A stretch of 64,000 nucleotides of DNA from NCBI GenBank assembly GCA_964016885.1, contig OZ024761.1, positions 3,782,001-3,846,000 on the forward strand. The letters run 5' to 3'. Origin of the DNA: Eledone cirrhosa. Lineage: Eukaryota. Below, in pieces: positions 49,986-62,941 of this stretch (its first letter is position 1; each line of letters starts with the position of its first letter). The notes beneath the pieces are model-generated. The model was not told where the DNA came from. It did not search any database and saw only the letters and a program-made list of their open reading frames with translations. Made by a program: the position numbers and the translations under genes.

Positions 49986-52900
49986 GAGAGAATTCTGGCC
50001 AGTTACAGCTGGTTTAAATGTTAAAGGGTTAAGTGTTTAACAACCTTGATAGCCAGGGTATTGGACATTAGAGAGTTCTGGCCAGTTACAGCTGGTTTAA
50101 ATGTTAAAGGGTTAAGGGTTTAACAACCTTGATATCCAGGGTATTGGACATTAGAGAGTTCTGGCCAGTTACAGCTGGTTTAAATGTTAAAGGGTTAAGG
50201 GTTTAACAACCTTGATAGCCAGGGTATTGGACATTAGAGAGTTCTGGCCAGTTACAGCTGGTTTAAATGTTAAAAGGTTAAGTGTTTAACAACCTTGATA
50301 GCCAGGGTATTGGACATTAGAGAGTTCTGGCCAGTTACAGCTGATTTAAATGTTAAAGGGTTAAGGGTTTAACAACCTTGATATCCAGGGTATTGGACAT
50401 TAGAGAGTTCTGGCCAGTTACAGCTGGTTTAAATGTTAAAGGGTTAAGTGTTTAACAACCTTGATAGCCAGGGTATTGGACATTAGAGAGTTCTGGCCAG
50501 TTACAGCTGGTTTAAATGTTAAAAGGTTAAGTGTTTAACAACCTTGATATCCAGGGTATTGGACATTAGAGAGTTCTGGCCAGTTACAGCTGGTTTAAAT
50601 GTTAAAGGGGTGAGGGTTTAACAACCTTGATAGCCAGGGTATTGGACATTAGAGAGTTCTGGCCAGTTACAGCTGGTTTAAATGTTAAAGGGTTAAGGGT
50701 TTAACAACCTTGATATCCAGGGTATTGGACATTAGAGAGTTCTGGCCAGTTACAGCTGGTTTAAATGTTAAAGGGTTAAGGGTTTAACAACCTTGATAGC
50801 CAGGGTATTGGACATTAGAGAGTTCTTGCCAGTTACAGCTGGTTTAAATGTTAAAATGTTAAGTGTTTAACAACCTTGATATCCAGGGTATTGGACATTA
50901 GAGAGTTCTGGCCAGTTACAGCTGGTTTAAATGTTAAAGGGTTAAGGGTTTAACAACCTTGATAGCCAGGGTATTGGACATTAGAGAGTTCTGGCCAGTT
51001 ACAGCTGGTTTAAATGTTAAAAGGTTAAGGGTTTAACAACCTTGATATCCAGGGTATTGGACATTAGAGAGTTCTGGCCAGTTACAGCTGGTTTAAATGT
51101 TAAAGGGTTAAGGGTTTAACAACCTTGATAGCCAGGGTATTGGACATTAGAGAGTTCTGGCCAGTTACAGCTGGTTTAAATGTTAAAAGGTTAAGTGTTT
51201 AACAACCTTGATATCCAGGGTATTGGACATTAGAGAGTTCTGGCCAGTTACAGCTGGTTTAAATGTTAAAGGGTTAAGGGTTTAATAACCTTGATAGCCA
51301 GGGTATTGGACATTAGAGAGTTCTGGCCAGTTACAGCTGGTTTAAATGTTAAAAGGTTAAGGGTTTAACAACCTTGATATCCAGGGTATTGGACATTAGA
51401 GAGTTCTGGCCAGTTACAGCTGGTTTAAATGTTAAAGGGTTAAGGGTTTAACAACCTTGATAGCCAGGGTATTGGACATTAGAGAGTTCTGGCCAGTTAC
51501 AGCTGGTTTAAATGTTAAAAGGTTAAGTGTTTAACAACCTTGATATCCAGGGTATTGGACATTAGAGAGTTCTGGCCAGTTACAGCTGGTTTAAATGTTA
51601 AAGGGTTAAGGGTTTAACAACCTTGATAGCCAGGGTATTGGACATTAGAGAGTTCTGGCCAGTTACAGCTGGTTTAAATGTTAAAAGGTTAAGGGTTTAA
51701 CAACCTTGATATCCAGGGTATTGGACATTAGAGAGTTCTGGCCAGTTACAGCTGGTTTAAATGTTAAAGGGTTAAGGGTTTAACAACCTTGATAGCCAGG
51801 GTATTGGACATTAGAGAGTTCTGGCCAGTTACAGCTGGTTTAAATGTTAAAAGGTTAAGGGTTTAACAACCTTGATATCCAGGGTATTGGACATTAGAGA
51901 GTTCTAGCCAGTTACAGCTGGTTTAAATGTTAAAGGGTTAAGGGTTTAACAACCTTGATATCCAGGGTATTGGACATTAGAGAGTTCTGGCCAGTTACAG
52001 CTGGTTTAAATGTTAAAGGGTTAAGGGTTTGACAACCTTGATATCCAGGGTATTGGACATTAGAGAGTTCTGGCCAGTTACAGCTGGTTTAAATGTTAAA
52101 GGGTTAAGGGTTTAACAACCTTGATAGCCAGGGTATTGGACATTAGAGAGTTCTGGCCAGTTACAGCTGGTTTAAATGTTAAAGGGTTAAGGGTTTAACA
52201 ACCTTGATAGCCAGGGTATTGGATATTAGAGAGTTCTGGCCAGTTACAGCTGGTTTAAATGTTAAAGGGTTAAGTGTTTAACAACCTTGATATCCAGGGT
52301 ATTGGACATTAGAGAGTTCTGGCCAGTTACAGCTGGTTTAAATGTTAAAGGGTTAAGGGTTTAACAACCTTGATAGCCAGGGTATTGGACATTAGAGAGT
52401 TCTGGCCAGTCACAGCTGGTTTAAATGTTAAAGGGTTAAGGGTTTAACAACCTTGATAGCCAGGGTATTGGACATTAGAGAGTTCTGGGCAGTTACAGCT
52501 GGTTTAAATGTTAAAGGGTTAAGTGTTTAACAACCTTGATATCCAGGGTATTGGACATTAGAGAGTTCTGGCCAGTTACAGCTGGTTTAAATGTTAAAGG
52601 GTTAAGGGTTTAACAACCTTGATATCCAGGGTATTGGACATTAGAGAGTTCTGGCCAGTTACAGCTGGTTTAAATGTTAAAGGGTTAAGGGTTTAACAAC
52701 CTTGATATCCAGGGTATTGGACATTAGAGAGTTCTGGCCAGTTACAGCTGGTTTAAATGTTAAAGGGGTGAGGGTTTAACAACCTTGATAGCCAGGGTAT
52801 TGGACATTAGAGAGTTCTGGCCAGTTACAGCTGGTTTAAATGTTAAAGGGTTAAGGGTTTAACAACCTTGATAGCCAGGGTATTGGACATTAGAGAGTTC

Positions 52901-55900
52901 TGGCCAGTTACAGCTGGTTTAAATGTTAAAGGGTTAAGTGTTTAACAACCTTGATATCCAGGGTATTGGACATTAGAGAGTTCTGGCCAGTTACAGCTGG
53001 TTTAAATGTTAAAGGGTTAAGGGTTTAACAACCTTGATAGCCAGGGTATTGGACATTAGAGAGTTCTGGCCAGTTACAGCTGGTTTAAATGTTAAAGGGT
53101 TAAGGGTTTAACAACCTTGATAGCCAGGGTATTGGACATTAGAGAGTTCTGGCCAGTTACAGCTGGTTTAAATGTTAAAGGGTTAAGGGTTTAACAACCT
53201 TGATATCGAGGGTATTGGACATTAGAGAGTTCTGGCCAGTTACAGCTGGTTTAAATGTTAAAGGGTTAATGGTTTAACAACCTTGATAGCCAGGGTATTG
53301 GACATTAGAGAGTTCTGGCCAGTTACAGCTGGTTTAAATGTTAAAGGGTTAAGGGTTTAACAACCTTGATATCCAGGGTATTGTATTGGACATTAGAGAG
53401 TTCTGGCCAGTTACAGCTGGTTTAAATGTTAAAGGGTTAAGGGTTTAACAACCTTGATAGCCAGGGTATTGGACATTGGTGAGTTCTGGCCAGTTATAGC
53501 TGGTTTAAATGTTAAAGGGTTAAGGGTTTAACAACCTTGATATCCAGGGTATTGGACATTAGAGAGTTCTGGCCAGTTACAGCTGGTTTAAATGTTAAAG
53601 GGTTAAGGGTTTAACTACCTTGATATCCAGGGTATTGGACATTAGAGAGTTCTGGCCAGTTACAGCTGGTTTAAATGTTAAAGGGTTAAGGGTTTAACAA
53701 CCTTGATAGCCAGGGTATTGGACATTAGAGAGTTCTGGCCAGTTACAGCTGGTTTAAATGTTAAAGGGTTAAGGGTTTAACTACCTTGATATCCAGGGTA
53801 TTGGACATTAGAGAGTTCTGGCCAGTTTCAGCTGGTTTAAATGTTAAAGGGTTAAGGGTTTAACAACCTTGATAGCCAGGGTATTGGACATTAGAGAGTT
53901 CTGGCCAGTTACAGCTGGTTTAAATATTAAAGGGTTAAGGGTTTAACGACCTTGATATCCAGAGTATTTGACATTAGAGAGTTCTGGCCAGTTACAGCTG
54001 GTTTAAATGTTAAAGGGTTAAGGGTTTAACAACCTTGATAGCCAGGGTTTTGGGCATTAGAGAGTTCTGACCAGTTACAGCTGGTTTAAATGTTAAAGGG
54101 TTAAGGGTTTAACAACCTTGATATCCAGGGTATTGGACATTAGAGAGTTCTGGCCAGTTACAGCTGGTTTAAATGTTAAAGGGTTAAGGGTTTAACTACC
54201 TTGATATCCAGGGTATTGGACATTAGAGAGTTCTGGCCAGTTACAGCTGGTTTAAATGTTAAAGGGTTAAGGGTTTAACAACCTTGATATCCAGGGTATT
54301 GGACATTAGAGAGTTCTGGCCAGTTACAGCTGGTTTAAATGTTAAAGGGTTAAGGGTTTAACAACCTTGATATCCAGGGTATTGGACATTAGAGAGTTCT
54401 GGCCAGTTACAGCTGGTTTAAATGTTAAAGGGTTAAGGGTTTATCAACCTTGATATCCAGGGTATTGGACATTAGAGAGTTCTGGCCAGTTACAGCTGGT
54501 TTAAATGTTAAAGGGTTAAGGGTTTAACTACCTTGATATCCAGGGTATTGGACATTAGAGAGTTCTGGCCAGTTACAGCTGGTTTAAATGTTAAAGGGTT
54601 AAGGGTTTAACAACCTTGATATCCAGAGTATTTGACATTAGAGAGTTCTGGCCAGTTACAGCTGGTTTAAATGTTCAAGGGTTAAGGGTTTAACAACCTT
54701 GATATCCAGGGTATTGGACATTAGAGAGTTCTGGCCAGTTACAGCTGGTTTAAATGTTAGAGGGTTAAGGGTTTAACTACCTTGATATCCAGGGTATTGG
54801 ACATTAGAGAGTTCTGGCCAGTTACAGCTGGTTTAAATGTTAAAGGGGTGAGAGTTTAACAACCTTGATAGCCAAGGTATTGGACATTAGAGAGTTCTGG
54901 CCAGTTACAGCTGGTTTAAATGTTAAAGGGTTAAGGGTTTAACAACCTTGATATCCAGGGTATTGGACATGAAAGAGTTCTGGCCAGTTACAGCTGGTTT
55001 AAATGTTAAAGGGTTAAGGGTTTAACAACCTTGATAGCCAGGGTATTGGACATTAGAGAGTTCTGGCCAGTTACAGCTGGTTTAAATGTTAAAGGGTTAA
55101 GTGTTTAACAACCTTGATATCCAGGGTATTGGACATTAGAGAGTTCTGGCCAGTTACAGCTGGTTTAAATGTTAAAGGTTCAATGGTTTAACAACCTTGA
55201 TAGCCAGGGTATTGGACATTAGAGAGTTCTGACCAGTTACAGCTGGTTTAAATGTTAAAGGGGTGAGGGTTTAACAACCTTGATAGCCAGGGTATTGGAC
55301 ATTAGAGAGTTCTGGCCAGTTACAGCTGGTTTAAATGTTAAAGGGTGAAGGTTTAACAACCTTGATATCCAGGGTATTGGACATTAGAGAGTTCTGGCCA
55401 GTTACAGCTGGTTTAAATGTTAAAGGTTCAACGGTTTAACAACCTTGATATCCAGGGTATTGGACATTAGAGAGTTCTGGCCAGTTACAGCTAGTTTAAA
55501 TGTTAAAGGGTTAAGTGTTTAACAACCTTGATAGCCAGGGTATTGGACATTAGAGTGTTCTGGCCTGTTACAGCTGGTTTAAATGTTAAAGAGTTAAGGG
55601 TTTAACAACCTTGATAGCCAGGGTATTGGACATTAGAGAGTTCTGGCCAGTTACAGCTGGTTTAAATGTTAAAAGGTTAAGTGTTTAACAACCTTGATAG
55701 CCAGGGTATTGGACATTAGAGAGTTCTGGCCAGTTACAGCTGGTTTAAATGTTAAAGGGTTAAGGGTTTAACTCCCTTGATATCCAGGGTATTGGACATT
55801 AGAGAGTTCTGGCCAGTTACAGCTGGTTTAAATGTTAAAGGGTTAAGTGTTTAACAACCTTGATAGCCAGGGTATTGGACATTAGAGAGTTCTGGCCAGT

Positions 55901-56381
55901 TACAGCTGGTTTAAATGTTAAAGGGTTAAGGGTTTAACAACCTTGATATCCAGGGTATTGGACATTAGAGAGTTCTGGCCAGTTACAGCTGGTTTAAATG
56001 TTAAAGGGTTAAGGGTTTAACAACCTTGATATCCAGGGTGTTGGACATTAGAGAGTTCTGGCCAGTTACAGCTGGTTTAAATGTTAAAGGGTTAAGGGTT
56101 TAACAACCTTGATAGCCAGGGTATTGGACATTAGAGAGTTCTGGCCACTTACAGCTGGTTTAAATGTTAAAGGGTTAAGTGTTTAACAACCTTGATAGCC
56201 AGGGTATTGGACATTAGAGAGTTCTGGCCAGTTACAGCTGGTTTAAATGTTCAAGGGTTAAGGGTTTAACAACCTTGATATCCAGGGTATTGGACATTAG
56301 AGAGTTCTGGCCAGTTACAGCTGGTTTAAATGTTAAAGGGTTAAGGGTTTAACAACCTTGATAGCCAGGGTATTGGACATG
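49986..56381. repeat. 83-bp satellite, ~77 highly homogeneous units, derived from the piggyBac-type element terminus plus flank
   Basis: Unit GAGAGTTCTGGCCAGTTACAGCTGGTTTAAATGTTAAAGGG-TTAA-GGGTTTAACAACCTTGATAKCCAGGGTATTGGACATTA. Confidence 0.97.
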
Positions 56382-56619
56382 AAACATTGATATTTCTATT
56401 CTTAGATTGCTCCCTCATTAACCCCCCCCCCCCATATCTCATTCTTCTCAACACATCCTCATTCCCTCATCCTCACCCCCTCCTCATCTACCCCGCCTCA
56501 CACCCCTTATCCCCCTATTTCGCCGTCTCCACCCCTTCTAATCCCACCCCCATAACAGGTTGTTAGTTCTAGACTCTAGCAACAGATGGTACATATGTTA
56601 ATAGCTGTACACTAACTCT

Positions 56620-56865
56620 AGTTGTAGTAGTGGTGGTGGTGGCGTTGGTGGTGTTGGCGGTGATGGTGGTGGTGGCAGTGGTGTTATTGGTGGTAGTGAC
56701 AGTGGTGGTGGTGTTAGTGGTGGTGGTCGTGGTGTTGGTGCTAGTGAGGTGGTGGTGGTGTTGGTGTTAGTGGTGGTGGTGTTAGTGGTGCTGATGTTGT
56801 TAGTGGTGGAGGTGTTGTTGTTAGTGGTGGTGGTGTTACTGTTGTTGGTGTTAGTGGTGGTGGTG
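56620..56865. repeat. (GGT/GTT)n low-complexity tract
   Basis: Read directly from the sequence. Confidence 0.85.
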
Positions 56866-59245
56866 TATGTGAGATATTATGTGAGGTAAAGCCTTTACTG
56901 TGAAAATACAACAGTATATATAGAGTAATGTAAATGTTATGTGAGGTATTATGTGAGGTATAGCCTTTACTGTGAAAATATAATAGTATATATAGAGTAA
57001 TGTAAATGTTATGTGAGATATTATGTGAGGTAAAGCCTTTACTGTGAAAATACAATAGTATATATAGAGTAATGTAAATGTTATGTGAGGTATTATGTGA
57101 GGTATAGCCTTTACTGTGAAAATATAATAGTATATATAGAGTAATGTAAATGTTATGTGAGATATTATGTGAGGTATAGCCTTTACTGTGAAAATATAAT
57201 AGTATATATAGAGTAATGTAAATATTATGTGAGATATTATGTGAGGTAAAGCCTTTACTGTGAAAATACAATAGTATATATAGAGTAATGTAAATGTTAT
57301 GTGAGATATTATGTGAGGTAAAGCCTTTACTGTGAAAATACAATAGTATATATAGAGTAATGTAAATGTTATGTGAGATATTATGTGAGGTAAAGCCTTT
57401 ACTGTGAAAATACAATAGTATATATAGAGTAATGTAAATATTATGTGAGATATTATGTGAGGTAAAGACTTTACTGTGAAAATACAATAGTATATATAGA
57501 GTAATGTAAATGTTATGTGAGATATTATGTGAGGTAAAACCTTTACTGTGAAAATACAATAGTATATATAGAGTAATGTAAATATTATGTGAGATATTAT
57601 GTGAGGTAAAGCTTTTACTGTGAAAATACAATAGTATATATAGAGTAATGTAAATGGTATGTGAGATATTATGTGAGGTAAAGCCTTTACTGTGAAAATA
57701 CAATAGTATATATAGAGTAATGTAAATGTTATGTGAGGTATTATGTGAGGTAAAGCCTTTACTGTGAAAATACAATAGTATATATAGAGTAATGTAAATA
57801 TTATGTGAGATATTATGTGAGGTAAAGCTTTTACTGTGAAAATACAATAGTATATATAGAGTAATGTAAATGGTATGTGAGATATTATGTGAGGTAAAGC
57901 CTTTACTGTGAAAATACAATAGTATATATAGAGTAATGTAAATGTTATGTGAGGTATTATGTGAGGTAAACCCTTTACTGTGAAAATACAATAGTATATA
58001 TAGAGTAATGTAAATGTTATGTGAGATATTATGTGAGGTAAAGCCTTTACTGTGATAATACAATAGTATATATAGAGTAATGTAAATATTATGTGAGATA
58101 TTATGTGAGGTAAAGCCTTTACTGTGAAAATACAATAGTATCATCATCATCATCTCATCTTCGTTTAACGTCCACTTTTCACCCTAGCATGAGTTAGACA
58201 GGAGTTGTCCCATTTGAAGCAAGGTTGGTCGGGTGACCGTGTCTCGCTCATATAGGACTATCTGGCAGGTTTTCTACGGCTGGATGCATTCTGTATTACA
58301 CTTTGTCCCGTCTTCTAGTAAGGATATAATCTATCTGGCTGGCGTGTTCCCCTGATCTACAGGTGATCAAGTGGTTTTCACGTTTTTTGAAGTTTGTGTT
58401 ACAGATAGTTAGGTTATTGCCGTCACAGAATTCCAGGATTCTGAAGCCTTCCTCATTTCTATTTCCAAACCCATAGCCTCCATGGATTCCATCATAGCCA
58501 TCATTATGTTGTCCAACGTGGCTGTTTAGATCGCCAGCAATAATTAAGTAGTCGCTGTCAGTTATTTGGGAGGTAGTGTGCATTAGCAGCTCATAGAACC
58601 TGTCCTTTATAACGTCAGGTAGGCCATATTGGGGTGCATAAGCGGATATTATTGTCACAGTAGTTTTATTTAGAATTAGTCTTATTTTAATTATTCTGTC
58701 ATTCACTCTATTTACGTCAATTGCCTTATCTACCCATTTTTCAGCTAACATAATTCCTACTCCACCCAGTCCGTTGTCGTTGTCCGTTGTCCATTTCCCA
58801 CCCAGAAAAGTTTATAGCATCGTTTTTTACCCACGATGAATCTGGCAGAGCCCCCTCTCCACCTAGTCTCTTGAATACAATAAACATCAACTTCTTTACG
58901 TTCAAGTATCTCTACAACCTCATTTGAGCGACCTTTCAATGTGCCTACGTTCATGGAGTAATGTAAATGTTATGTGAGATATTATGTGAGGTAAAGTCTT
59001 TACTGTGAAAATACAATAGTATATATAGAGTAATGTAAATGTTATGTGAGATATTATGTGAGGTAAAGCCTTTACTGTGAAAATACAATAGTATATATAG
59101 AGTAATGTAAATGTTATGAGATATTATGTGAGGTAAAGCCTTTACTGTGAAAATACAATAGTATATATAGAGTAATGTAAATGTTATGTGAGATATTATG
59201 TGAGGTAAAGCCTTTACTGTGAAAATACAATAGTATATATAGAGT
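56866..59245. repeat. 72-bp tandem array (~17 + 4 units) interrupted by an RTE fragment and ending at Tx1 copy 2
   Basis: Unit TGTGAGATATTATGTGAGGTAAAGCCTTTACTGTGAAAATACAATAGTATATATAGAGTAATGTAAATGTTA. ORF 56741..58153 is an artefact. Confidence 0.95.
58141..58956 (-). mobile_element. Internally deleted RTE element (APE N-terminus joined to 3' tail)
   Basis: NVGTLKGR...CIQETRW, ISAYAPQ, AGDLN, SQIDY, then directly the 3' tail and (TGA)n. Confidence 0.85.
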
Positions 59246-59482
59246 GGTTTCTTTATTTGCCACTAGGGCACAAAAGGTAGGGACAGATACAAGGGGGGAA
59301 GTTTACATATAATTAACGAGTACAAAAATATAACAATGAAATAACAACAACAAACGAAGTCCTCAATAGGGAGGGGGCATTAACATGGGTCGCACACACC
59401 CCGGAAAAAATGTGTAACCCTTCTCCTCAGGAGCACAAAGAGTAGGTGCTTCCCTCGTCTCCGCTTTTTCCTCTTCTTTCAC

Positions 59483-62400
59483 CTACAGGCTGATATAGAG
59501 AGAAGACCCATTCATTCTGGCCATTCTCCCTACTTTCACCCACCTTTCATAAAACTTGCTGGGGTAGAGCACCTCTCTCTCCATTCTGATCCTTCTTTTA
59601 AAATGGTATTTGAAAAAAGGGACCAGTTGTTGGCCGGAGAGAAAGGTGTCTGACCTCAGCCCTTTCAGCCTCGTCCACCATACAACTTCTTTAGCCATGG
59701 CTACCACACAGAGAAAAACCGCCTCTCCTTCGTTTTTGAAAGGGGGAGGCGGTTTGATCGTGACAATGGACTCGGTGGTCAACCGGATTGGTCCCACCCT
59801 CGACAGTAGTCGTTCCACATAGCCCCACAGGTCAGCAATGCCTGGGCAGTGTACGAATGCGTGCGCAACGGTTTCGTCATCATGCACGCATCTCGGACAG
59901 ATCTTATTCAAAGGATCTCTACCCAGGCTCCCATGCCTGTGGAGCTTGTCTCGAACGGGTAGAGCCCCTCGGTAGCACTGCCAAGCCAGGGACTTTTGGA
60001 AGTTGTCCATCGGTCCAGGGCCAAACGTCCTACCGAACAGACTGGCCAGTTCATCTTCCTCCATGCCTAGAGCTTCTCCGAGAGCATCGTCGCACCTGCT
60101 GCGTACCAACCCTCTATAGAATGTCGAGGTGGAGTCTCCACTGATTGCCGGGTCCGCTTTCCAGAGGGCCGTGAGCGCCTGGGCACATTCAATGTGCCAG
60201 TCGCCCACTTTTCTCGGTCTTTGCTTGACCCAGGATTGCAGCTCGGTGAGCGAGACGAGTCTGGGAAAGGCTCGCCTCACAAACGGGGCCCACACCGGTT
60301 GACCGGTGAGGAATACCTGGAGGTGCCGTAGCCTTAATGCGTGTTTACGCATCTGTAGCCACGGCATCCCCAGCCCTCCTTTCGAAGGGTGTTGACAGCA
60401 GATGGATCTCCTCACCAAAGGGGTCCGCTTGTTCCAAAGAAATTGGAACAGCGCGCACTCCATTTTGGCGAGTCTTTTCACTGGGCAAGGCACGACGGTC
60501 AAGCGGTAGTAGATGACGGATGCTATATAAGTATTCGCCACCTCCGCTCGACCTTTCAGGGATAGTTTGCACTGGGCCCACTTCTGGGTGAGTGCAAACA
60601 CCCTGGCCGTTACCTCGTTCCAGTTTTTCTCCACCTGGAGGTCTGGTCCGAACCAGACCCCAAGCAGCTTCACCGGGCCCTCCGTCCAGCGTCCGACGAC
60701 GTCGTTGGAGGGCATCGGTTTGCCTCTCCATGTTCCGAGTTGCAAACCGACGGACTTGTCCCGGTTCAGCTTGGCTCCTGTAAACCTTTCATATTCCTCC
60801 AGTAAGGTGCCGATCTCACCGATTTGCGAGGTTTTCGACACCATTACTGTCACGTCATCGGCGTAGGCCGACGCCGCTTTCTGCAATCCCGGTTCCAAAG
60901 GGATGCCCTGCAACCGCTCCAACTTCCGCAGTAGTGGCTCAAGAGCCAGCACATACAGTAGGGAGGAGAGAGGGCATCCCTGTCGGATGGATCGCATGAT
61001 TTGGAACGGCTCCGAGAGGTGGCCGTTCACCTTGACCCTTGAGCAGACGTTGCTGCTGTGCATCGCAGCAATCCAACCCCTGAAAACGGGTCCGAAGCCT
61101 GCCGCCGCGAGCACCGCATCCAGGTAACGATGGTCAACCCTATCGAAAGCTTTAGATTGATCCAAGTTGATCAGGGCCCCACCAAAGCCGGGTTCATTCC
61201 CTACCCTCTCTATGATGTATCGCATAAGGTGGAGATTGTCGTGAATGGACCTGGACGGGATTGCGCATGTCTGCGCTTCTCCCACCAGGTTTCCAACGAC
61301 AAGCGCCAACCTCTTCGCTAACACCTTGGCCAAAATCTTTAACTCTGTATTTAGCAGAGTTATGGGCCTGAAGTTACTTATGTCATCCCCCTTGTTCTCA
61401 TCCTTCCTCACCAGCGTAACTACGCCCTTGGTCACAGAACTGGGAATTCTCCCGTTCTGCTGCCAGTTGCAGTAGACCGCTTCGAGGATATCGGAGAACA
61501 AGTCCGGCATCGCTACATATAGCTCGTATGGTAGACCATCGAGACCCGGGGATTTGCGTTTGCCGCATTGGCTCAGCGCCGCCCCTATCTCAGCAGCTGA
61601 AATCGTCCTTTCGCAGGACTTCGCCTCCGCGTCCGAGAGGCGCGGCAGACCGTCGAGGTATGGATTGAAATCCATAGTCTCACCCGGCGCGCCGCCCCTC
61701 TCGAACAGTCGTGCAAAGTGCCGCTGAAAGGCCGCACACATCTGCCCAGGTTCAAGGATCACACGCCCATCCTGGTCCTTCAAAGACCGAATCGTGGACT
61801 TGTTCCCACTTTTTGCCTCTGTCACTCGGGCCCAGCTTACAGCTTTGGCTCCCTCATTACCCAGAGCACGTATTTTACTCCTGACAACGCAGCCTTCATG
61901 CTTCACCTCAAAGAACTGGTCTAAGGCCATTCTTGATGCCAGCACGCCGGCTACATTGCCACTCCTAATCGCCTCTTCTACTCTATCTACTAATTCCCTT
62001 TCCGTCTTGTTCCTATCCCTTGCTAATTCCTGACTAAAACCTATCGATTCTATTCTAATTGCTCTCTTAAGAGAGCTCCACCACCTGTTGTTGACAATTG
62101 CCCCTGTCAAATTCTGCTTAACTAACGTGCTAATCCGTTTACTGTAAGCTTTGCTTCTCGGTAAGGACAAGTTCAGCTTCCAGTAACCGGGTCCCTGTCT
62201 ATGGGTTCTATCAAGGTTGGCTATGCAGGTCACTAACTTGTGATCCGAATAGTCAACCATGAACATTTTTGGACAGCTAAATGTGTCCCTATCGTTCTCT
62301 CTAACTAGGACCCTATCTAGGTACGACCTAGATGTTCCACTGCGATTGGTCCACGTCCATAGTGGTACAGTCGGAAAATCTAGTCGATATCTATCGGCCA

Positions 62401-62920
62401 GGTCAAATCGGCCGATTAACCTTTTGAGGCTTTTACACCCCCCTCTATTGGCACATGCCCCTACATAGTCCCAACGTGCATCCAGGATACCATTCCAGTC
62501 CCCCACTAAAAGCAAGGAGCGGGACGTTCCCAGAAAAGTTTCCAGACGTTGGAAGTATTCCGGCCGCGCTGCCCAAAAAGGGGCGTACACAGCTATTAGT
62601 CTAAGGGCTCCACTTTCACTACTGCCGACGTCTAAAACCACCAGTCGACCCTCCGGGTCCAGGTGCACCTTCTGTATGGCGAGGCCCAGGTGTTTTCGCA
62701 GCAGAACGACAACTCCACCCCCACCCCCCGGTTGACAGAGAGATGCGAAGATCTCAAAGTCGTCGAAGAGGGGCGCCAGTTGGTGCTCGCTGCTGATCCT
62801 GGACTCGCAAATAGCCATTACATCCATTCTATGTGACCTGAGATCGTTTAAAAGTTTGCCTTGTTTCCAAGACAGTCCCAGGCCACGTACATTCAGAAAC
62901 CCAACTCTTATATCAGCCAT
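59483..62920 (-). CDS. LINE ORF2 (APE-RT-zf), 1145 aa, intact
   Basis: I see only two amino-acid differences from copy 1 (KVDDW/KVGDW and RVNGS/RMNGS). Confidence 0.97.
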   Translation of the reverse strand: MADIRVGFLNVRGLGLSWKQGKLLNDLRSHRMDVMAICESRISSEHQLAPLFDDFEIFASLCQPGGGGGVVVLLRKHLGLAIQKVHLDPEGRLVVLDVGSSESGALRLIAVYAPFWAARPEYFQRLETFLGTSRSLLLVGDWNGILDARWDYVGACANRGGCKSLKRLIGRFDLADRYRLDFPTVPLWTWTNRSGTSRSYLDRVLVRENDRDTFSCPKMFMVDYSDHKLVTCIANLDRTHRQGPGYWKLNLSLPRSKAYSKRISTLVKQNLTGAIVNNRWWSSLKRAIRIESIGFSQELARDRNKTERELVDRVEEAIRSGNVAGVLASRMALDQFFEVKHEGCVVRSKIRALGNEGAKAVSWARVTEAKSGNKSTIRSLKDQDGRVILEPGQMCAAFQRHFARLFERGGAPGETMDFNPYLDGLPRLSDAEAKSCERTISAAEIGAALSQCGKRKSPGLDGLPYELYVAMPDLFSDILEAVYCNWQQNGRIPSSVTKGVVTLVRKDENKGDDISNFRPITLLNTELKILAKVLAKRLALVVGNLVGEAQTCAIPSRSIHDNLHLMRYIIERVGNEPGFGGALINLDQSKAFDRVDHRYLDAVLAAAGFGPVFRGWIAAMHSSNVCSRVKVNGHLSEPFQIMRSIRQGCPLSSLLYVLALEPLLRKLERLQGIPLEPGLQKAASAYADDVTVMVSKTSQIGEIGTLLEEYERFTGAKLNRDKSVGLQLGTWRGKPMPSNDVVGRWTEGPVKLLGVWFGPDLQVEKNWNEVTARVFALTQKWAQCKLSLKGRAEVANTYIASVIYYRLTVVPCPVKRLAKMECALFQFLWNKRTPLVRRSICCQHPSKGGLGMPWLQMRKHALRLRHLQVFLTGQPVWAPFVRRAFPRLVSLTELQSWVKQRPRKVGDWHIECAQALTALWKADPAISGDSTSTFYRGLVRSRCDDALGEALGMEEDELASLFGRTFGPGPMDNFQKSLAWQCYRGALPVRDKLHRHGSLGRDPLNKICPRCVHDDETVAHAFVHCPGIADLWGYVERLLSRVGPIRLTTESIVTIKPPPPFKNEGEAVFLCVVAMAKEVVWWTRLKGLRSDTFLSGQQLVPFFKYHFKRRIRMEREVLYPSKFYERWVKVGRMARMNGSSLYISL

Positions 62921-62941
62921 GTTGGTTAAAAGAGGAAGGAC

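Noticed and set aside
49986-56381. TTAAAGGGTTAAGGG as a telomeric or interstitial telomere repeat
   Set aside because: It is not (TTAGGG)n. It is better explained as a transposon end plus TTAA site.
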